Assembly (NCBI GenBank): GCA_051294375.1
Contig: CM119263.1
Location: 15,912,532-15,976,531 of the forward strand
DNA: 64,000 bases
Origin: Paraspadella gotoi
Taxonomy: Eukaryota; Animalia; Chaetognatha
Direction of reading: 5' to 3'
The notes beneath the pieces were generated by a model. It was not told the DNA's origin. It saw only the letters and a list, made by a program, of their open reading frames with translations, and did no database searches. Shown piece after piece: positions 50,901-60,782 of this stretch. The position numbers were made by a program, and so were the translations under genes. Numbering within the stretch: position 1 is the stretch's first letter; each line of letters begins with the position of its first letter.

Positions 50901-52525
50901 CCGTGGTATCCTCATCCACTGGTTCAGGTGTTGTAACTGAAGGCGTAGCCGCTTCACTCATGACCTTAAGTAAGTAAATATGTAGGTTAGTTAATGGTTA
51001 TTTAAGAAGTCAATATTTAATATTTTATTTTTCCAAAAATCATGCTGAGCAGTAGAATATTGAAAGTGCTTAGATCAAGAGTAATGTTAATGAAAGTAGA
51101 AAATAAACTGAATAAATAAAAGAACCAATGAAACTTTACAGAACAAGGCTGAAAGGATTGAGTGATAGAACAATATTTTTTGCTGCTTTTGTATGTGTAA
51201 TAAAAAATAATTGAGCCCCTTTTAAACTAAATCTTGCATAAAAGTATCATAAATTGAATTTTCTTTAAAGTAATATGCTTATAAAATCGTAAAATTTCAA
51301 AATAATAGTTTATATATTTATATATAAAACTTTTCATCAGTGAATAAACGAGACAGTAAGAGGGTCTTGATTAAAAGCCTGTCCAAAGTCAGGGGCAAGA
51401 TGGCTTATTAATTAAATGAATGGATAATTTTTATATTGCTTGTACCAATTTCATAATAGTAGAAAATTTTGACCTTTATTTTTGTTTTTGACGCTGAAGA
51501 CATCGGGATGTCTGATAACATATTTTATATTTTTAGTCAAAAATTTTATGAAGAATCGGAATCTAATAAAAATTACAAAAAACTTGTTTTAAAAAGTTGT
51601 TTGTTCACTGACATAAAATTTTTGATCCTGAGAGCCCCACTCTAATGGCAACATCTATTATGAAAACCTCCTTGTGAAAAGAATTTTTCTGACCTGTTTT
51701 TTCTGCACTTTCTTTTTTGATTTCAGTGAGTCCAAATATTTAACGAGCGAGTGCGTGCTGGTCCCAAGATGAAGCTGTTTGCTCATCGTTTTGATTTTCT
51801 TCGTGAACTTATCCAGTTCATCTGTACTCATGAGTCTCGCTCCTTGCAAATCTTGCATTGCTTGATAGAGATCCCCTAATGTGTATTTCTGTATTTATAG
51901 GGAAAAAATATTTATAATTATAATTGCAACTAATTTTAACAGGGTCCTGCTTTGCTTTAACGAAATTTTTCATTATGTATTTATAAGTATTAGTAACAGT
52001 CAGTAACTTCTTATGATAATATTTGCTATCATTTCAGGTCTTTACCACATCTTTGGCATCCGATCCTTTTGCATCCGCATCTGAAATTACGTAAACGAAT
52101 TGAATTATATATTTTACTTGCTCATTCCAGTCTGTATGAATATCATTTTACCTTTGACTTCCCTCATTGCTGGGCCAACATCGACTTTCATGACCTAAAA
52201 ATAAAATCGCAAGGTTTTTTTTATCGCAGGAAACTGACTTTCTTCTTCTCTAGATGGTTACAATATCCTTGCTTTTCTTGGTTTTTACATATTTTGCCCT
52301 CCCTACCTATTGCTTTAAAAAATTAACGCGATACAGATAATTAAACTCACCATTCCCGGACCCACCTTCTTCTCCTTGTGTATCGTCATTCCCGAGCCTA
52401 AAAAAGATTTAAGTTTGTTTTATTTTAAAGAAAACTTGTCTATATCAACCTATCGATCGATTCCCCGTACCTTTTCCTGCGATGACGAGGAAAAAGAGCA
52501 TCGGGCAATAGAGACGTGGCGCCAT
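47999..52525 (-). CDS. Secreted acidic repeat-rich precursor protein, 639 aa, family not recognised
   Basis: Nine exons join in frame at GT-AG sites: 52525-52471, 52397-52351, 52194-52152, 52080-52046, 51888-51694, 50964-50902, 50823-50761, 50110-49922, 49228-47999 (1920 nt). Signal-like start MAPRLYCPMLFFLVIAGKGSG, two homologous 63-65-aa domains, two TP-rich linker exons, (GDDAE/D)n and (ESD)6 tracts, RR/KR/GKR sites. Confidence 0.88.
48467..48830 (-). repeat. Coding tandem repeats: 9-bp (ESD) and 15-bp (GDDAE/GDDAD) units
   Basis: (a/g)gattcatc repeats ~48467-48525; ggcgtcatctcc(a/t)tc repeats ~48690-48820. Confidence 0.9.
49411..49510. mobile_element. ~100-bp hairpin/MITE-like inverted repeat in an intron
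   Basis: cccgtcc..tttgacgagggta / tacccgtcaaa..ggacggg with central aaaatgttt-ac-aaacatttt. Confidence 0.5.
50750..51021. repeat. 141-bp-period tandem duplication of a coding exon plus flanking intron
   Basis: Exons 50761-50823 and 50902-50964 and the adjacent intron sequence are nearly identical. Confidence 0.9.
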
Positions 52526-52765
52526 TTTGTAACAATTGGCGCTACTAGTCTTTGCGTGCCGTTAGTGAGGGACGTCTCTTAGGCTTTCGTCGTCGGAATT
52601 CCGCGTCGGCGTTTGGCTCCCAGAACGAAAAAAAAGAGCATCGCAGAGTCGACGCGCCCTCGAGTCGCTGATGGCGGAATGATCACCCTCGTCGGCCGCA
52701 ACGTGAAAGTGGAGTTCGATCGTCGTCGTCGTCGTTGTGCGTGATCGTGACTCGTTGTCAGGTGA

Positions 52766-52838
<73 letters not shown>

Positions 52839-53829
52839 GAATTAGTAAGCTCCATAATGTAGAGATTTAGAGAATTTTCAAAAAATATCATATACTACTC
52901 CTCTGTAGAATGTTTATAATGCAAGTCAAGAATACGAACGCTTTTCCGGTACCTGTGAAACAGATTTCTGTCCATTATCCTTGAACTTTAAAAATTGGGA
53001 AAAGTTGTAATACATCATCCTCATTATCAAAAACATCATAAACAAAATAAATTTAGGGAGAAACAAACCTTAAACATACGCAAGTACATCAATACATGAT
53101 CTCACTCTAATCTCGCCGTGATACGTATCACAAAATTCTAAAGCAAACTCGATTAACGTGATCAGTGATTTCGGTGATTTGAGTGATTTCGAACTCGACT
53201 TTCCCACCTCACGCTTAGTTCTCTCGTTCTAATAAAATTATTTTCGACCTCATATCGAATTTTTCGATTAGCGTCGCAATTTATTCATTAGTCTGCGCTG
53301 ATAACTCCGAATGATAACGGCTATTTTTGATATACTGAACTATACTTGTCATATATTGTTTTGAACTTATGCCCAATGTCAACTTCAAAGCTTCCCGGAG
53401 TTTGGCGCTTTGGTAGGAGATTTGAAACGTGATCACCGCGTGCCAGTGTCTGTCACAGGTTGTACGAAAAATCATGAAGCGGAGCGAGCAATAAGATGTA
53501 CAATGAAACTTGAATCCAACTCTTAACTTTACTACACTTAGCTTACTTACGTTACCTCCATGTTATAAGAAAGCTACCCTGTCACTGTGATCCCAGCTTT
53601 ATCCGTTGTCACGTATCACAACCGCTTTGTCGTCGCCCACCGAGGGCGGGGGTCGCGCCTCTCTAGATTTATCACCAAATCTATTTTCGTTTCTGGAGAT
53701 TTGCGTCCCGCCGTCACCGAAAGCCCAACGCATTTTTTTAAAACGACAATTTAGCCTCCCCCCATTTAGCTGTCCCCTTTTCAGAAGGGTTTTCTTGTAA
53801 TGTACTCTATTCTCTTTAAAAATATATAC

Positions 53830-54104
53830 TTAAAAATTCTGTAGGTTTAGGGACGAAGGCGTAGATCCATATTCCATAAACGCCGTCATTTCATCGTCGA
53901 TGGCGCGGCGAAGACGACTTCCGGTTTTCATTGTTGACGTCGGTGATCGTCTCGTCCTTAGGAAACCCGCGTTCTGAAAAACCCGAGGGAACCGTCGTTC
54001 CATTAAATCTCCATCATCATCATTATCATCATCATCATCATCTTCAAACGTCAGTCTCGGAACAGCGCGGGAAAACCCGACCAACGACGAGCGTTTCCAT
54101 TTCT
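53830..54104 (-). CDS. Candidate terminal exon of a prohormone-like precursor
   Basis: Open frame KWKRSSLVGFSRAVPRLTFEDDDDDDNDDDGDLMERRFPRVFQNAGFLRTRRSPTSTMKTGSRLRRAIDDEMTAFMEYGSTPSSLNLQNF* after a weak AAG acceptor; upstream exons not established. Confidence 0.35.
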
Positions 54105-57100
54105 CTTTGAATAAACTACGACGACGGGAAAATTAGAATAGAGTGGAGTCAGTTTCATTCGTGCGTTTGTGCGGAACTGATGTCTCGCGCGTATCCAATT
54201 AGCCGTTAAATAAACTAGAAACTAGCTTTTTTCTCAAAATCAAAATTTTGAATGATTGTCCGGACAAAATTCTGATAAAATTAAGTCACATTTCGCAATC
54301 TCAGTTTGGTGCTATTAAAGCGCCGACCTTAGTTGGCCTATATATATATAAAAATTACACGCAATTGAAGACTCCACCATCGTTTCACATATAACCACCC
54401 AATTATCGATCATTGAAACCGCGCGACTCTGCCGTTCCCGAATAGTTTGGCAAATTACGGTTGCCGGTAAAAAAAAAAAAAAAATCGGCCATCGATTATT
54501 TCGTTCCTGATTGCGTCCCGCCCTGTCGCCCTGTCGCCCTGGTTTCAAATGTCGGCGCTAACGACTTGGACGGACGAAACGATTCAGAGTTGAATCTGGG
54601 CGTCTGCTAACGAAGTCGTCGGCTTTAATCGCTTTCGAAGAAAGGCGAAAGAGTTAGGGCGGAGAGCGAGAGAGAGAAAGAGAGACTCTGGTATGTGATC
54701 CAGGTTCCTTCCGTATCTGTGTTTTTTCGATCAATCAATATCGTCATCTGCGCCCTATTTAGTAATAAATGTGTTTCGGGAAAGAGAGTCAGTTAGTCAA
54801 TTGCTAATTAACAATATTTCTTATAACTTTTTAATGATTTGATTTCAAGAGCTATTTTTCTTATATCTATCGCTATCTCTGATTTATTTAGTAATAAACG
54901 TTCACTCTCAATGTATCAATCATTATCCTTGATTTATGAAATTGGTACAACCAATATAAAAATTAACCATTATTTTTAATTGGAGTTGCCAGCAATTATT
55001 TATTTTCGTCCCGGTTCGTACTTTTCTCTTCTCTTCTGTTCGATATCAAGTAAAAAAAACTTGTGTCGAGTTCCTTTTTTTTCCAGTTTGTCACACGGAT
55101 TGTCAGAATGTGTCAGGTGACGTTTCCATTTATATGTAGATAAGTGGCCGAGAAGCTTTTCGCTTCGGCTGACCAATGACCATTTGACCGTTTGGGAACA
55201 AGGAGGGGACAGACGTGGTCAGATATATCTCTTTCTGTCTCTCTCTCGCTCCCGTCGAAGCATTTAAATTTAAAATTACGCTCATTCTTGTCTTTTTTAT
55301 ATTCATCGAATTTCTTTTAAAATTGTTATCTTTAAATTTCTTTATTTTTATCTTATTTCGTGATGTTTCCCTTCATGCCAAACGCAACTTGTACCCGCTT
55401 CATAACAGGTAAGTCATGTTCCAGTAATTATTGTTCTAAATCTGTTTTATAAATGTGTTAAATATTAATTTATATTAAAATTTGTAGGTCGGATAATTCC
55501 ATTTTCAAAGTTTTTTCAATCCAAAATCAATTCATCTGATTTAATATATACGAATGATCCAATTGATACTTATATTGCCATGCAAAGAAATGAATATTAC
55601 TGAATACGGCCATCGCGATTCTCTTTATACGTACAAATTGATTAGCACTTCGACTTCATAGAATGTCTTTTCTATCTTTTGAGTTCACTTCTTTACGAAC
55701 GGATTGATTCTATTTCTAGAGCTTTGAGGATTTAGTGTCCATGAACAACAAAAATAGTGAAGTATTAAAATGAAATGGAAAGAAGAAACGAGGAGTGTAA
55801 AAACAGTTGATCGAGTACATAAAAACAAACGATAAAAAAAGGACAAGCTAGTCATTAAATACGATAGAACACTGGAGAGAAAGGTGCATTGTGCATTGTG
55901 CATTGTGCAATGTGCAGGACTGTGTTTAGGGATTAGAGATCATCAATCGAATCTATAGTTGGACGTAGAAAGTCCACCAGTCTTTAAACGAACGCCCCCA
56001 AACGAGGTAAGACGATAACGGAGGCGAAGCAAAGTAGAAGCGATGACTTCTCTGCGATTTGATCCAAGAAAGGGTCTTTCTCTTTGACAGGCGATACCGC
56101 GCGATATCGAGAGGTGTCGAGCGATTTCGGAGAACGTCTGACGATTTCAGACGATGCCAGATGTCAGTCGATGTCAGATGTCAGACGACGTCGAGCGAGA
56201 GGTCAAAGAGCCGATGCGAAAAGCGAGGAACGATCCACCCTCCTTAATTCAAATGCCAGACGGCGTCTCGGAAATTTGCGCCTCTCGAGATAGAGAGCGA
56301 CTGAAGATAGATAGTCGGATACGGACCGGATGGACGATTGGATTGATGGGATGGACCGACAAACGCTTTGCTGTCGGCACAGTCCCTCAGGACAAAAAGA
56401 AATCCAGAGTTTTTTAATGTTCATTAAGTTTTATACGTACGCATTATTGATTGTTTTTATTCAATTTCATTAGTTAAAGAATTCGTCGAATTTTATCGCT
56501 GCTTTAGTAATTACCGCTGTTTGTTGTAAAGTGAACGTAGGAACCCTCTTTTCAAAGGAACAATCTAATAGCCACAAATTGAATTTTAAGTTAATTTTTT
56601 TACATATGTGTGTATATGTACTTGGGAATTGGACAGTGTGCAACTGTGCATATTGCATATCACACACGGCCACGACAAATTGAAGAAAAATCTATCGGCA
56701 GCGCGTCTCGACTCTCGATCTAATCAAAGGAAAGACAGAGTCAGATATTTTTTTTTTTCGGATATCCGTTCAATGTCGTCTTTGACGTTTGCAATTGCGT
56801 AAAACGGTTTCCACGATCCCAAATGACGCTAACGCCGTTGACGTCACTGTTTCCAACGTGCCGAGAGAGAGAGAGAGAGGAGAGAGGAGAGGAGAGAGAG
56901 AGAGAGAGAGACGAGAGAAGAAGAGAGAGAGAGAGAGAGAGAGAGGAACACAACCCGATGCTTTTATTTAATCTTTGGTCTTTAAGGCTCATTTGTCCAT
57001 GATTAAAAGTCAATGGCAACTCGGTTGATGACGTTAAACGTGGCAATTTTTTTTTATCTCGATATTCGGTTTTTCAGATATTTTCATATTCAAAAGAGAG

Positions 57101-58405
57101 CAATATAGTAAAAACTCTCGTCTTCTATATCTATTTCAGCCCCGTGTTTATTTATTTAAAAAATCATCTAAAATTCAAAACTCTCTTTTTCTTGGCGCTT
57201 GAATGTTCTAAAATCGTGTCGGTTTTGCCTTACCTTCGGCCAACTCCCGACCCCAGTCGACGCCAGCCTCTACCATTCAAATATCATCTGACGAATGCTG
57301 CTTTCCGCTCCTTACCATCTCGCCACCTTCTTCGTTGGGGTTCAGCATTCCTCTTCTCCTTATCTTTATTCATTCCCTTTTTTTTACTCTCGTTCATCAA
57401 CCTTTTTTTTCCTTCCTTTCTTCTGTTTTCTTTACCGACGAATCGTCTTCTACTTTTTTTTTACTTCTCCCTCTTTCTTCTTTTTTTTTTCTTTCCTTCT
57501 TTTCCTCGCAGCTTTTGACGTTTATGCCAGTTGTCCGTCGTGACACGTATTGTTCTTTTTTATCTCGTTAATAAGCTTCATTAGACCTTTCCGAAGAGGA
57601 ATAAATTATATTTGATTTTTTCCTCTCGCTTTTTCCCTCATTTTTCTTTCCAATTTCGTTTTCATTTCACTTAACTTGCTTTCTAATTTCCTTCCAAGTC
57701 TCTCTTTACCTTTCTTTTTATAGCCTTCCCTTCCTCCTTCCCACTACTTCTCTTTCTTTCCTCTTACCTCCACAAAGCTACTCTCTCTTTCTAACCTTTC
57801 TTATTTTTTCCTTTCCTCCCTCTCTCCTTTCTCCGTCATCTCCTCAAAAGACCCGCGTTCTTACTCTCGCATCATCAGCTGGCTCGCCCGCGCTATGCAC
57901 GTGCAATTCCCTCCTCTTCTTCCTCTCTTTCCTCTTCTTCTTCCCTGGATCCTTGCCTCCTCCTCTTCCTCCACTTTCTCCTCATCCTCCTTCTCCACCT
58001 CTTTTTTTTTTCTTTTTTCTTTCTTCTTTTTTCTTTTTTAAATTTTAACCCCGACACGCCTCTCCACCATCGAATCAAAACGAATTCGGTCCAGGCGTAG
58101 TTTTCATTCTTTTTTGTTTGTTTGTTATTATGTTTTTGTTTTTTTATATACCCGAGTGGTCTTTCTTTTTCTCTTTCCTTTTTAAATTTCTTATATATTG
58201 TCCATACCAATTACACGCTCACGTTCACGCTCTCCGTTCACGTTTTCCAAGTTTATATTCAATTTTTTTATGTTTTTTAGTTTCCTCTCTATATTGAATG
58301 TGTTTAAAATTAGAAATTTCTTTGAGTGCTCCCTAGCGCGAATTTCATTTGAACGTTTCTCTCATCAGGTTTGTGTCAATAAAAACCGAAAATAAAATAA
58401 GGAGG

Positions 58406-59182
58406 TATGGCACGGGAGGATAAGCCTGTGATACCCGGGGCGCGGGGTAATGCTCACCCAAACTGGCGTAGGGCTGCGACCCTCAGTGAACCGCCTCCTG
58501 TCACTGGTGGCATGTTTAATACCGGCACCGTCACATTTTAAGTCCCAGAACCGGGATACCCAGGATTGAACTCCGCGGGGACGCACGATGGAATGAGATG
58601 ATTTAGCCTGCTCAGCCATTGAGACAGCTGAGGACGGACACAGTGAGGCAGCTTTAAGTCTGCTGTCCCCCCCCCCTCCGCCCCTACAGGATCCCCCCAC
58701 CAGCTTCATACACGGGCGCTCAATCCTGAGGAATGTCTGAGAGAGTTTGATTCTCATTGCCAATAAGTGAGAACGTAGCGGGACGAGTGAGCGAGCGAGT
58801 CTGGAGCATTACCAGAGAAGTAGGGCATAGGCGTGGGATAATGCATACCCTAAGCCGACGTAAGCGTGGGCGCAACGGTGCGCACGTTTGCGTGTTCGAG
58901 AGTCGGGCTCACCACTTATGGCAACGGGAGGATAGCCTGTGATCCCCGGGGCGCCGGGTTCTCACCCAACTGGCGTTAGGGGCTGCGGACCCTCAGGTGA
59001 CCGCCTCCTTGTCACTGGCAATGTTATACCGGCACCGTCACATTTAAGCCAGAAACCGGGATACCCAGGATTGAACCGGACCGCACGGATGGGACAACAT
59101 GAGATGATTAGCCTGCTCAGCCATTGAGAAACGAGGCTGAGAACGACAGCAGTCGAGGCAGGCTTCAAGTCTTGCTGCCACA
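58406..59182 (-). mobile_element. TRIM-type non-autonomous LTR retrotransposon with Pol III boxes in the LTRs
   Basis: Direct repeats 58406-~58668 and 58917-59182. Minus-strand 5' LTR runs TGTGGCA...TGCCATA. PBS TGGTGAGCCCGAC at 58914-58902, 2 nt from the LTR. PPT GGGGCGGAGGGGGGGGGG at 58684-58667 abuts the 3' LTR. Flanks GAGG/GAGT (3 of 4 match). A box TGGCTGAGCAGG and B box (G/A)GTTCAATCC in both LTRs. Confidence 0.82.
58865..58914 (+). pseudogene. tRNA-Trp-derived sequence with CCA, lacking the anticodon arm (extended PBS of the TRIM)
   Basis: cgtgggcgcaacggtgcgc-acgt-ttgcgtgttc-gaga-gtcgggctcacca aligns to metazoan tRNA-Trp(CCA) as recalled (CGTGGCGCAACGGTAGCGC..TTGCGTGTTC..GTCGGGGTCACCA). 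Confidence 0.7.
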
Positions 59183-60266
59183 GAGTTTTTTTTTTTTTTT
59201 TGCAGAATTTCATACTTATAAAGAATAAAATAAATTGTTTTCCCTGTTATTTTCCTGCATTCAGATTTTCATTCTATCTATCTTCTCCTTCCACACACGC
59301 CATCTAGCGGTCGGATAGCACTAACGCCATCATCTCAGTTAACGACGCGATTCTGTGTTTTTTTTCCAATAATATACAAGCCAATTTGGCTCTCTTTGTT
59401 GTGCACTCGTCATCGTAGCCAAATTGTTATGATAACAAGAGGACGAACTGAGTTTTTATCGAAGTAGGGGAAGTTCCTATCCACCTCTACCTTACCCGTC
59501 CTCGCCTTCCTACCTTCCTCCTCTTACCTCCCCCTTCCTCCGCTACTCCTTTTGCATTCCGGGATGACCCTCTTCCTCCCATCCATTCTCTCAAACCTCC
59601 ACTCCTCACCCATTCTTTCTCTCCTTTCGGGTCCTCTTTTCTTATTCTCTCTCTCTCTCCATCGTCATCTCCTCTTTCTCTCTCTCTCTCACTCTGCTCT
59701 CTTCTCTCTTCCTTCTGATCTCTGCCCTTCCAGTCGTGTGTTTCGACCTCACTCCCGATGGTCGCCTTTTCTCCCCCTCATTTTCATCCTTTCTCCTGCC
59801 TCGTTCTTTTTTTCCTCCTCCTCACCCTTCCTTCGCCTCCGCTCTTCCTCCTTCTCCTTTTCCCACCGCCCCTCCCATCCTCTTCCTCCTTTCCCGGCTT
59901 TTTTCTCTCTACTCGGATTCTCAGTTCTTCTTTTTTGGTCGCGTCCTTAGCAAAGTGTGACCCGCGATCCAGGCGAAACGAAAGACGACGACGAACGTTC
60001 GACGACGACAGGAAAGAGCAAACGACCCGAGTGACGTGACGCATCCGACGACGATGCCGCGGTCGAAATCTTTTGGTCGGGGACGAGAGAAAAGAGGGAG
60101 ATTAGAGAGAGCAGAAAGAGAGAAGAGAGAGAGATAGGGAAAAAGAGAGCAGAGCAGTCACTGGGGTAAAAGGGATAATCAAGAACAGGAAAAAACACGA
60201 GAAGAGAAAAAAGATAGAGGAGTATTAAATCAACGAGAGGAGAGAGAGCAGGCAGAGATGAGTAGA

Positions 60267-60298
<32 letters not shown>

Positions 60299-60590
60299 CA
60301 GAGAAGAGAGAGAGAGGAGAGAGAGAGAGAGACGTGCTGGATAACAGTGCGGGGGAGGATGTGAAAATCGCAAACGTCCAAACAACGGAAATAACGTGAA
60401 TCGGATAAATGTTTGAGCTAATAAAAAAAAACTTTGAGTGCCAAATATGGACAACTCTCTTAGTATCTCAATAACTATCTCTCATCTCATCTCTCATCTA
60501 TACACTGATAAGTCCAACTACTTGATCAATCTTATACACTCTCTAACGAATTCTTTGAATACATACATGCTTATGCTTCTCTCCGCACAG

Positions 60591-60782
60591 GTGGTTCGAG
60601 CATTACTACATAACATCGCGAACAGTCCTACAACATATGTAGCAAATCGATACTTTCGATCTTTTCGTTTTCGTCATCAATTCCAGCAAAAGCTGCACAT
60701 CTGTCGTCACAGGAGCGATATTTACGTCTTCCGGCGCGGATTCTTATGGGAGAAAGTACATTCCGTCGGCCAACATAGTGGG
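60591..60782 (+). other. Candidate isolated exon (192 nt, one open frame)
   Basis: Strong acceptor cttctctccgcacag and donor GTAAGT; frame 0 reads VVRALLHNIANSP..VGQHSG; product not recognised and may be non-coding. Confidence 0.3.

Noticed and set aside
58985-59030. Twister-like start TAACATTGCC on the minus strand of the LTR
   Set aside because: The loop lacks the pseudoknot-forming bases and the motif is not kept in the other LTR.
58406-59182. Initial reading as two tandem tRNA-SINEs or tRNA genes
   Set aside because: Similarity extends ~55 nt upstream of the A box, I could not fold a cloverleaf, and PBS, PPT and LTR termini explain the layout better.
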